The translations under genes and the position numbers were made by a program. A stretch of DNA of 63,984 nt, the filler included, from Reticulomyxa filosa (taxonomy: Eukaryota; Protista; Foraminifera), in the NCBI GenBank assembly GCA_000512085.1. It is 27 parts of 27 records of this genome, joined end to end, with 100 filler letters (N's around TTAATTAATTAA, not from the genome) between each part and the next. Parts side by side here need not be neighbours in the genome. Positions count along the whole stretch, not along the records: positions 1 to 2,263 come from ASPP01034576.1; positions 2,364 to 5,925 come from ASPP01018723.1; positions 6,026 to 9,931 come from ASPP01017483.1; positions 10,032 to 11,654 come from ASPP01014093.1; positions 11,755 to 14,296 come from ASPP01009803.1; 22 more parts are not named here. The stretch is one strand, 5' to 3'. The first letter of the stretch is position 1. The number at the start of each line of letters is the position of its first letter. The notes beneath the pieces were generated by a model. The model did not search any database. It saw only the letters and a program-made list of their open reading frames with translations, and was not told where the DNA came from. Below, one piece after another: positions 1-11,768 of this stretch.

Positions 1-289
1 ACAATGATGACAATGACAGTCGTGATGATAAAATCATTTGTGTTTGGGATATTTAAAGTAACCACAAATTTCATCAATTCAATTAACACTAGAAGCGTTG
101 TTGGAATTAAATTATCAACATTTAATAATGACCGATATTTATGTTCGCCTCACATAATAATAATGTCCGTTTATGATACATCAAAATATCTGAATTATTG
201 TATATTGTGTTTTGTGTGAATAATAACAAGAATGATAATCAAATAAGAAGGAATGTATGTGATAAAAAGATATAAGAATTGTACAATTA

Positions 290-1870
290 CTCCATCATTG
301 GATCGCCAAGCCAAATATTATCGAATGTATACTCATTGTGATGGATGCAGAAATTTCAAAAAACGACTATTATCCAACGCCAATGCGCATCACTCATCAC
401 AAGGGCGATGACAGTAAGACACTCTAATATGGAACTATTCTTCCGATGTGGTGGCTCCAATTTGATGGACAAGTTTTGCGATATCCAAGTCAAGATCATA
501 AACAAATAAAAAGATGAGGATGGTGCAGAAAAAGATTATCCCAAGGCCATATCATCATTGGATTTTTTTAAAAAGAAAAAAAAGATCGGCTGTCAATGTT
601 ACTTGCACACACAAGTGGAGGCTTTGCGCGTCCTTGACACGGACTAATTTTACATAGTGCGCCCTCTCAATGGAAGCTACTGGATGTTGTGTGACAATAT
701 CAAGAGCAGCGTCAATGATAATGACGACAACAATGAAACATAGTTCATGTTTTCCTCTATTAATTTGTCAATTCAAAACATTGGACTGGTTATGTGCACC
801 AATATTTGGGTGCCGCTGCTGTTAGTGTGCGCGGAAGAGAATTAATGTTGTTGCGTTATTTATTACAAAAAGCAACAATGTCGTACCAATCGATAATTGG
901 ATCGACTATTCAAAAGTCGCTCCATTATTTTTTAATCAAAACAAAAGCTTGGATATTGCAATGTATTGGCGGCGCTGGGCCTGCTGAGTGGATACGCTGC
1001 CATATTTTATATCAGCAGCCGAGCCCCTCTCTATCTACTAGCAACTCTCTCAAAGAACTCGCCGTGTGGATATGAACGAATTTTTTGGTTTCCAAAAACC
1101 GAATCACTCAATTCGAAAATTGGAAGGGTCTGCCATCGACAAGATCGCCACTCAAAAAATGGTATCTCTAGGGAAGGAGACTTTCAATAATACAAGCTTC
1201 CCCCAAGTCAGTTCAATTGTTCCAAATAATGGAATACATGGTGGAACATTATCATTGAAATCAATGCGCGCGTTCCAACACAAGAACTCAAGTTATTTGG
1301 TTGGTAATTTGTGCGCCTGTCTCTTTCCTGTTATCTGATGTTATAATTTGTGCTTGGGTCCATTACTAAAAAGTTTTTTTTTATGTGTACATATTTAATA
1401 TACAACATCTTTATACGTACATGTATTATTTATTTATATGTGGTATGTATTGCTTGAAATTTTTGAATAGATATTCAAAGGTGTGCAAATGGAGATATAC
1501 AAGTTGTTGCTGTTAACATTGCTATTGGTGCTGATGAATCTCCAGCAAAAATGGCAATAGTAATTATGGGCCATTGTATTATGTTTTGCATAACGTATAA
1601 TTTGGAGGGAAATGAGGAGGTCCATATCGTGCTCATGATTAATTGAAGTGGTGAGCTGCACAACCTATGTTTCCAAGTTATAATTTTTTTTTATAATGTG
1701 ATTGGAAAACATTTGAAACACGTATGACGAATACACATGTATATAACATAGGGTCAATACCTGTCTGTCGAGCAATTGGAAAGTGGCTGTGGGGTTGCGG
1801 TGCCAGCAAAGTTCAAACAACGCCAAGTGATGGCATGCTCGATTGTAAGTATTTGACTTGACCAAATTTT
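290..1870 (+). pseudogene. Decayed copy of an unidentified multi-copy gene, paralog of 28490-29890
   Basis: Colinear blocks shared with another contig, e.g. CTTTGCGCGTCCTTG, CAATATTTGGGTGC, CGATAATTGGATCGAC and CTTGGGTCCATT. Reading frames are broken by stops and frameshifts. Confidence 0.7.
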
Positions 1871-2263
1871 TGCTCAAAAAGTAAAATTGTAGTTTGTTTG
1901 TATTTTTGGAATAATTTTAACATTCCCAAGTCTCCAGCACCGATATCTTTCTCATTCAATTAAATTTCCTACACAAAATTTCTGAATTTAAATGTTTGAG
2001 TTTTTGCTGAGGCTATCTAGGCCAATTACAGCAACCAATTACGAACAACTTTTCCTAGGGCCAAAAAAACAATATTTCATAACTGCAAAACTAGATCTTC
2101 ACAAATTGTAAAAATATTGAAAATATCTAAGCTTTTTGAAATTTTATTTGAAAATTGAATAAATTCAAAGTTCGTTTTGAACAAAAAAAACAAAACATTC
2201 GGTGGTCACTTTTTACTTACACTTTTCCAAAGAAATATTGCCTTCCACCATACCAAAAAAACA

Positions 2264-2363
2264 NNNNNNNNNNNNNNNNNNNNNNNNNNNNNNNNNNNNN
2301 NNNNNNNTTAATTAATTAANNNNNNNNNNNNNNNNNNNNNNNNNNNNNNNNNNNNNNNNNNNN
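2264..2363. other. Artificial contig-joining spacer (N44-TTAATTAATTAA-N44), first of 26 copies
   Basis: Identical 100-nt unit with stops in all six frames. Starts: 2264, 5926, 9932, 11655, 14297, 16864, 19990, 22300, 24980, 30282, 32264, 34572, 35881, 38517, 39973, 42388, 43510, 44810, 48331, 50301, 51885, 55485, 57356, 59259, 61235, 62362. Confidence 0.99.
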
Positions 2364-2480
2364 AAAAAGTGTGTACCTTTTTTCAAAAGTGGTTTAAATT
2401 GAGAGAGAGCACTTATATAAATCAAACAAAACATTACTGCATATATGTACATATGTATATGTATATAATAAATGAAAAAG

Positions 2481-5400
2481 GGAACAATTGTAACCTCCCA
2501 GCAAAAAGACGCGAAAAACCAAATGTTGATAGTGACAACAAACGACACGGAACGCAATATTCCTTTGGAGTGGGGACACTGCACAACAAAAATTGAGTCG
2601 TTCAAGAAGGTGAGCGAATTCGAAAAGGAAGTGAAAGAGTTTTTTAACAACAAGCAAGTAAAGGATGACGTGTTAATCTTGCAATGCCACTATCCGTCAA
2701 AGACTAAGAATCTGTTGGATCAAGTGATGAGCATTCTCCAGGTCGAACATCATCTGTTTTACAAAGTCGCTGCCAATCATTGCGCAAACAAGCTGATCGT
2801 CTTGCTTATCCACACTAATCGAGAATCACCATTTCCTTTGATATTTACCCGGTATATACAAATATATATATATATGTATACATATACATATATGTACATA
2901 TATATAATATCGACAAAAGAATAAACCAAGTACTTTAATATCAAATGCACAATATGAATGAAACAACAGAAAGTGGAGACTCGTATACGTTGACTACTTG
3001 CTGTCAACGAAGCCAATATCATTGCAAAAGGACTTGAAAAAACCAGTGGCAGAAGTAATAAGTGGTGATTCCAAACCGAATTTGACGGATTGTGCATCCA
3101 GAGCATTCGGGAAGTTGCACTTTCCACGTTCGATGAATTCTCTGGAAGAAAAGAAAAAGCTGTCCAAGTTGTTCAGCAAAGATAAGCCCAACAAATGCGG
3201 AGCAATCCTAGAACAGCGATTGATGTCAATTTTGTCGGAAGCAATGAGACATCGTTCGGTCGAGGATATTCTGTTCGAGTTGGCTCCCCAAGAGGAATCG
3301 AAAGAAATGGAGGGGTCTTTTTTCGAAAAGCACCAGAACATTCTTGACACGTTGCTAATCTTGGCATTTGTCAATGTATTGTTGGTCGTTTATCAAAATG
3401 GTGGTTTCAAAGTTTTGCCAAGCATTTGTTTTTCTTTTACCAAAAAAAAAAAAAAAAACAAGTCAATCTACGAAATGGATTTGTTTGTGTGGAAAGAAAT
3501 ACTTTAAAAGCAAGGAAAGGAACAATGAAGAGTATCAACAATTGTTTGAAATGGCGCTGAGCAACAGCGAATTAGTACCAATGAAAACGCCGATTATCAC
3601 AGCGAATCAATTGCTATTGGTCGCCATTGAGCCGCAGCTGCACGTAGTCCGAGCGAGGACCAAGTCGTTATTTCCATTTTCGTATTGTATCCATGAGTGG
3701 TGTCAACAGCAATTTTCGTCGAACAAAGAACTACCATTTGTTGAAATCGCGCACCGCGTGACAATATTGGAGCAAGTGCCTATTGGAAATGGCAAAGACA
3801 GTCTGAAGCAATGGGAGTCTATATGCTCCGAAAAGGCCAATGGCATCTACGCGATGGATTTGATCCGAAAGTACTTTTCCCAGTCCCTGCGCAAGTCCGA
3901 ACAGCGACGTATATTACGCGACATCCTCGTTGCTATGGCGCAGCTGTCGAGTGGCAAGATCTCCATTGTTGCGATCGAGGTGGTCATGCACTATTTGCAT
4001 CAACTCATTTCTTATTACGCACAGATGATCGATACGTACTTTTTGTTTTGCAAGGAATTGAAACAAATAAATGATTACAATGGAGGAGATGCTAACAATG
4101 CAGGACAGTGGTTGGTGGATGTGACGCAACATTTGTGGAGCTCGATCCCATTGACGGAGGCATTACCCCACACTGGACACTTGTTTTTTCCTCAATCGAC
4201 TTCGTTCCTTGTCAATTGTATGCAAACACAATTGCTGCCGCAACTATCCGATGATGATCACGCAAGACTGATCAATCAGCTGTTGCAGAGTGCTCGACAA
4301 TTGGAGTTGCGACATCTCGGAGTGCAATATTTGAAGATGATCGATTTCATTGGTGAAAAGGAGCATTTCACGGATTTCAAACAGGGTCTTTTGGAAAATG
4401 GACAGTGTGTTCGGAACATTATTTCCAGCTATTCAAGTAATCGCAATATATCCGACGGAGAGTATCCTATGTTTGTTCGAGACTTGCTTGCTGTCATCAA
4501 ACGCGTTGAAAGCATATGCAAAGACACAAAGCAACAGCATACGTATACTACGCTGCTGCGCTCTTTGTATAATGAGAACAAAGAAAGTGTCATACTTCAG
4601 ATGCAACTGTTGAGGGACATGTGCATCCATCAATGTGTGAACAACGATACATTGTCACTACAATCCAAGGACGCCGTGCTTCTCAATCGCTGTCTGGAAA
4701 AAATACTGCTGGAAGAGAATGCGAATGCAAATAATGCCCTTATCACTAATTGGGCACAATGGTGTTGCGAACAGGGCCATGATAAATTCGAGTTGGTTAT
4801 TCGCATTTCGCAGTTGAAAACGGATCTCAGCAAACTCATTTGGAATTTGACTAACACTGATATTTGCATGTCCAAAGTTGAACAAGGAGATAGCGCATAC
4901 AATCTGATCAAACAAATGGGTGAACTGCTGTCGTCGGTCTTGATCCCCAACAGCTTGTACGAACATATGCTGCACGTGTGGTTCCTAAAACAACTGTACG
5001 TGTGCAAGGGCATCCATTGGATCGAAATCCTATTCACACAACCGGCAATTCGACAGGCAATGCTTCTTTTCGACAAAACAAAATCCACAAATATATTTGC
5101 AGCTCTGGCTCCAAGGCCCCTCTATTGTGATTTTTACAATCCGTTGGTTGGAGTGTATGGACCTCATTCCATGGACAAAATACAGAGCATTTTGATGAAT
5201 GGAAAGGATTTTCTCAATTTGAAAAATTTATGTCCAGTTCTTGTCGATTCCTTGTCCTTGGTCAATTTATGTGGTTTCACTTACACTGAGGCTCAATTGA
5301 AAAGTTAAGAGAGTGCGTGATTCACAATATACATATACATAAATGTATATACATAAATATATATACATGTATATGTATGCAATGACAACAAATATTGATA

Positions 5401-5925
5401 GATTTGCGCACAATGATCCAAGCGCAAGACATGATCGGACTGTTCAAAAAAAAAGTGTTTGAGCAAATCTTCAATTACCTCACATCGCGCGCGACGAAAT
5501 CGAGGTTCTATTGGAAGTCAATGAGACATACGCTCGACCCCATTGTGGCCAGACTTTGCTTTCATTTCTTTTCCATTCAGCAGCAGCTCAAGTACAACCC
5601 CTTCCGACTGCTATTTGAAGACTCGGAGTTGTTCTTGTCACAGGGCGCGTCGTCGTCATCGTCGTTGTCACCTACGAAAGAGCCTGTACCATATTATTGC
5701 GCAAACAGACATCCATTATTACTCGAAGATGTGCCTCTATCTTTGTGCAAAGAGGCAACCTGTCAAATGGACGGATGCGGAGCCAAAGTATGCATCCCCT
5801 CCTCCTTTTCGTCAAAAACGCCGTCCAAAGTGGGAGAAGAGTCGAAAAGCATTTGGTTCGTGCTGGAGAGATATTATACGTCGCCGAAAAGAACAGAGCC
5901 AGAGACAGTGAGTCCATTAACGTGG
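2481..5925 (+). CDS. RNF213: RNF213/mysterin-like giant AAA+ / E3-module protein, internal multi-exon fragment (late AAA region to RZ-like finger)
   Basis: GT-AG intron 2852-2969 restores FTR-KWRLVYVDYL; further introns near 3410-3495 and 5300-5400. Motifs fall in RNF213 order: KIESFKKVSEFEKEVKEFF, DVLILQC, LIVLLIH..F...W..VYVD, FPFSYCIHEW, FLKQLYVCKGIHWI, YYCANRH..C....C and VSPLTW. Confidence 0.75.
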
Positions 5926-7634
5926 NNNNNNNNNNNNNNNNNNNNNNNNNNNNNNNNNNNNNNNNNNNNTTAATTAATTAANNNNNNNNNNNNNNNNNNN
6001 NNNNNNNNNNNNNNNNNNNNNNNNNCGATACTTCTACACCAATAGGAACAGTAATAAGTAAAAAAAATTGGGGTTTGCCGACGATGTCATTATTTGAATA
6101 GTTTCTAATATTTTTTATCTTTTTTTGTGTGTGCAAAGTATATAATTTCAGTTTGAAAATTTTTTTTTAGTTATTCATTTGCAATATAATACTAGTAGTG
6201 ATACTACAATGAAAAGATGTTGATTTGAAGTTTTTATTGTCATTTGACTGCACAAAGTAAAAATGATGTAATAAATGCAGTGCTCTTCTTTGTTATTCAC
6301 AACTGATGATCAATACCAACTTCAAAAAGATAAACTACTGCTGTGATCAATCTGTGTTATGGTTGTTTTTGGTAATGTACACTATTGTCTTTTTTGCTTT
6401 ATCCTGTTTTGAGTGTTGATGCATACCAAAACAATAGCAAATACTAAAAAAATTAGTGGTTCTGAAATATTTTGCAATTTATTTTGCTATTTGAATAAGA
6501 TTTTCATTTATTATACTTTGAATTCTTTAAAAAAATTAAAAAACTTAGTTTAATGTTTTTCAAACAACATATAGAACACATCTTTCAATGCTTGCATTTA
6601 ATCAAATCAAATTACCTTACTTTTTTTTAATCAAATTTTTTAAACAAAACACTAATGTTGTTTCAAATCATTGTTTTTTTTGTTGCAATGACTCATTCAT
6701 TGAGCGCATATATATTTGATATCATTTGTATTCCATTGTGAATATAATCATTATCTTCATCTTTTTTTAGCATCATCATTGTAAGCGTTGCAATGAAAAA
6801 CATTAACTTACTTTCTGAATCAAGCGGATGCACTGCTGTCAAAGCAAAAGACAAATTTGTCTGTTCAAAATCTGAACAAAAGGAAACATTCTTTTTTTGC
6901 TTTGATACTGGACCATTTTTACTATTTTAAGGTAAGCACTGCCGACAGAATTAGACAAACAATAAAGAGCTAATCAAAATTAACAAAAAATACAAAGCAT
7001 TATGCAGTATAAAGATTTCCTGGTCCAAGCTTTTCCTTTTTATTTTGAAACCATTCAAGACTTGGTGTAGTAAGTAGTCATAAGATATTTTTTCTACTAT
7101 TTAAAAGTATTACTGTGTGAAAATTATTTGTGATTAACTTATGGATTCAAGTAAAAAAAAATATTGTTGTAGTACAAAGTTAGACTAAAGTTATACAAAT
7201 GAAGAAACAAAGCATTGAAATATTAACATTTAAGTGTTTACAAGTTAAAAGTTGGAAAAGTGAGAAATATTAATTTTAAGATTTTTATTCAAATTAGAAT
7301 GAGAAAATCAACTAATTTTCAAAAGATGCCCAACAAAAAAACAATTATTATGAAAGCGAATTAATTATCTAACTTTTTTAGATTTGCTTTTGTGTATCGA
7401 ATATAAAGTTATGGATCTGACATATCTCAAAATTATAAGCGAGTCAAAAAAAATTCAAATGATAAAAAAAGCAAGTTCTTCATTTTATTGTTAGCGTGAA
7501 TTTATAAACACAACTATCAAATGTTTAAAAATTAGATCTAAATACATGAAAAAATATTTTAATTTTTTTAATTGAAGCGTTTTTGAAATTTGAGTAAAGT
7601 TTATGCTGTGAGTTTGGCACAAGTCAATTTACCG

Positions 7635-9825
7635 ATGACTTCGAAAAAGAAGATTTGTGTCAAACTAAGGAGCCTAAAATTGAAAAAAGCAATGCATCCA
7701 TCATCTCGAAGAAAAGCCGGCTCAAATATGAGTTCACAAGCAGTTTTATCGAGCAAAGATCAAATGACAAGATTTCCTAGAGTTTCTCAAAAATATTTGG
7801 TTGACGTGAATGTTTGTGGTGTATTGAGAGAGCACAACCAAAAAACAACAAACAAACAACAAAGCAACGTTCCAAAGATGACAAAAATGTGAATGGAGCA
7901 AGCGCGCATGGGTCATCCTCACCAGCCCAAAAACTGAGAAATGATGTTGACTCTTCAACGCACTTGCCAACAATAGTGAAGACCAATAGTGAAACGCCTC
8001 TGATATGTATCGAGTTGTACCAACAATTGAAGCAATTTGACAACAATGACGACGGGTACTTGAATGTGAAGGAATTTAAGACATTTTTGCAATCCCTGCA
8101 GATCTCCAACAATTCTTCAGTGACCACGGCAATGGTTGAATATTTTTTCTGTGATTTTTGTGCGAACGAGTTATGGGAATGCATGTGACATATGGGGATA
8201 TGCGCTACATATATACATATACATACACATATACATATATACACATGTATATACATATACATACACATATACTTATATACACATGTATATACATATATAT
8301 ATATATATATGTATATGTAATATAAAAAAAAAAAATTGTTTTGAATGATAATAGGAATAGCACCAATTGGAAAGAGAAAGAAGAAAGAATAGTGGCGATT
8401 GACAAAATAGTAAACTACGCGGAAGAGCAATACCACGGGTTTGTGGAAAAGCAAAAAAAAGAAGGAAAACAAACGAGCGAAAGCGGCAAGAATCTGATAA
8501 ATTATGTGTTGAGTACATATGACTACCCTTCTCATATTCGAATGAAAGGCGCTGTGTTGGACTCGTCCGTGATGAAGACGGACTTGAATGGCAGCAGCGA
8601 AAAGAATGGCACAGTCGAAACAAATATGAATATAAACACGAGTATGAATATGAATATGAATATAAATATGAACAGCATAGCGGACAATAGACACAACAAT
8701 GGACAAGAACGGATAAGTGAAGCAAAAAAAGAGGGATTGAAATTGGACGACGAAATGCCGATGAAGCCAGTGCCAAAAATAGTGGCTCCAAAAAACAATG
8801 GAAACGAACGGGTTATCCACGTTTCGAAGCTGCCGTCCAAGCCGATTGGAGCGACATGTTCCAAGACTCAATCTTCTTCCGACGAAGTGGAGTCCGACTC
8901 TCTCGTCGATACGTCGAGCACAAAGGCACAAGAGCATAGCGACCACGCAGTGCAAGTGCATGAGCATCCTCCACAATACACGTTGAATCCAATGGAATTA
9001 TGTTCGAAAGAGATCTACGACAGTCTGTCCAAGTTGGATGTGTATGGCAATGGCACGTTGGATCCAACCGATTTTTCGGAGGCTTTGCGTGGGTTCTTGC
9101 CAGAGATTGACCCGAATAAGTGTCAGATCTTTCATGAATTTTTCAGTGACGTTGGAGATGATAAGACTTTTGGAGTTGAAATGAATCAAGCATGGCTTTC
9201 TTCTTCTTCTTCTTCTTCTTCTGTTACTAATACCAATGGTAATATGAGTGTGCAGGATCACAAACACGAAAGCACCACAAACGAACACTCTCCACATCCA
9301 TATCCACAGTCAGATACAAAGACCCGTCATGGTCATGACCATCCCAATAGCAGTCCAAAACTACTGAATTTCAAGAGCACCACGACGGTGTATTCGATCA
9401 GCCATTCGCACATTAAAAGTGTGGATGAGTCTGCCCACAATCGCAGGAGCACCAGCGCGAGCACCACCACCACGAGCAACGGCGTGCATCCTGCCAACAA
9501 CAAACACTCCCTGGCCCAGCCCTTTGGCACGCAACATCATAACGCGCGACAGCATACACACGGCACGACGTCGGAGGATTTGGGCATGTCCGACGGCAGC
9601 ACCTTGTGCGTGTCGTCGCTCAACTTGAAACTGCCGGAAATGAGCATCGACAAGTTTGTCAAAATTGTCCACTCTTTTGCACTCTCTCGAGCCCAATCCC
9701 TTCAATCTCAATCTCAATCTCAATCTCAATCACATATCCTGTCCACCTCGGGAGGATACACTTCGCCCAATCATATGTTAAAAGACGCTTTGGAAGAGCT
9801 GTTTCCTTCTGCTGCTAAACATTTT
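7635..9825 (+). CDS. Large EF-hand domain protein with low-complexity inserts, 3'-partial
   Basis: Exons 7635-7811, 7865-8184 and 8355-9825 splice in frame at GT-AG. EF-hand loops DNNDDGYLNVKE and DVYGNGTLDPTD. Confidence 0.75.
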
Positions 9826-9894
9826 GTATGTTATATACATATATACATATATGTACATATGTATATACATTTTTAACAGATATAATCCATTATT

Positions 9895-9931
<37 letters not shown>

Positions 9932-10031
9932 NNNNNNNNNNNNNNNNNNNNNNNNNNNNNNNNNNNNNNNNNNNNTTAATTAATTAANNNNNNNNNNNNN
10001 NNNNNNNNNNNNNNNNNNNNNNNNNNNNNNN

Positions 10032-10070
<39 letters not shown>

Positions 10071-10082
10071 TATATCTCATAC

Positions 10083-10800
10083 CAGGCTGACTCAAGCAAT
10101 TGAGTTTGTGAATCCAATACCGATTCAAAAGAACCATGCAACGTGAGTCAAAAGATGTCTTACGTGATTGTCTGTCAGAAAGCAAAAGAGCTTGGGCTTG
10201 ACGAGACAGAGAGGTATTTTGTCTGCGACGAATGTAAAATAAAATGTACGCTTGCTGACTACTCAAGTGCTCAGGAGTGACCTTCTCCACGCGCTCGTCG
10301 TCAAACTTAAACCAATGTCCTCGACCAGGGTGTTTGGCAAAGGCAATGTAATGCCCCCGTTCGGTCCCTCCAATGTGTTTGATGAGCGAACACAAATCAT
10401 AAATCGTGTCTTGGTTGTAAGGTTCGCCCACAGCGTTGTGATGCAGAAAGTCTTTCAAGTCGAGATGATAGAGAGGGAAGTCGACGGGAGTGGATATTTT
10501 GCATGAAGTGTTCCAAAACAAACTGTGTGAAAAACGCTTGATATGAATCATCAACACTTCTGGCAGACGGCTTATCGATAGTCGCTTCTTTGCATCCACT
10601 TTTGTCTTGCAATGGCTGCAGTAATACTGTTCCGTTCCAATCAAGTCTTCTGACGTGCAATACGTATGCAAACATAGGTTCAGTGGTATCTTCAATCAAA
10701 CAAAACCAAAGACCTTATCAAACATTAAAAAGTCAATTATGTTTAAAAAAAAAAAAAATCAATCTCCAAAAGCATTACAAAAGTGCAATAATCGACTGAG

Positions 10801-10845
<45 letters not shown>

Positions 10846-11594
10846 GTACATATATGTTCATGTACGCAATATAACTGGTTGCTGTGTTAAACCAATATAA
10901 CTTAAAAAAGATGTAGCCCATCCTTGCTTTTGTAAAGGCTCTACATTTCTTTCTTGCACTACTCTGTCTATCTATTCAATACCATTTTTTACACGTGGCT
11001 TTATTTATTGCGTATAAACATTATCCCGATCAATTCACTATGTATGTATATTACACATATAATGTATTGATTTATATTCAAATGCGCCATTTCAAAACTT
11101 GTGTTTGTTTTGGGATTTCCACAGATATGTCGTACAAGACATCCTTTGTGGACGACAGCCTCTTGCATTCTCCGCATTTCACTTCGCTGATTGACTCTCC
11201 GCAGAACAGATCGGTGATGATGGATTGCACCTTGATTTCGATCGGTTGAGACTTTGGTTTATCTTCCTCCTCTCCGCATTGGGATTTGTCCATTTGTGCC
11301 TTCAGTTTACCTTTGATTTTGCCCTTTGTCTTGTGTTTACTTACCTCTTCAATTTGGAGTTCTTTTTCTTCTTCTTCTTTTTTTCTTCTTCTTCTTCTTC
11401 TTCTTCTTCTTCTTCTTCATAGTCATAGTCATAAATAGGTACCTGTATCGAAACGCTTCGTGGAAGTGGTCCAACAAACATCGCAAAAATTCGTGGGCAT
11501 CTTGTTGGATAAGTTCTTCAAACTGAGGAGATAACTTCGTGATATGTTGGCGTACAGTCGCAGGGGATACATACTTTATCTTAGTATACCACAC
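10083..11594 (-). CDS. Ubiquitin-specific protease (peptidase C19), USP20/33-like, internal fragment
   Basis: QQDAHEFLRCLLD, Zn-ribbon CGEC/CSHC, LPEVLMIHIKRF, His box HIGGTERGHYIAF, WFKFDD and AYILFY. These are followed by a DUSP-like start (RYWIHKLNCLSQPG) as in USP20/33. Confidence 0.92.
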
Positions 11595-11768
11595 CTTCAA
11601 AAACGTTTATATAATGTATCATTATGTACATACATATGTACGTATACATATATANNNNNNNNNNNNNNNNNNNNNNNNNNNNNNNNNNNNNNNNNNNNTT
11701 AATTAATTAANNNNNNNNNNNNNNNNNNNNNNNNNNNNNNNNNNNNNNNNNNNNATATATATATATAT

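Noticed and set aside
7777-8976. Long antisense ORFs (7777-8976, 13211-14203, 31650-32243, 45019-45564)
   Set aside because: They are shadows of real genes on the opposite strand, run through intronic microsatellites and show no protein motifs.
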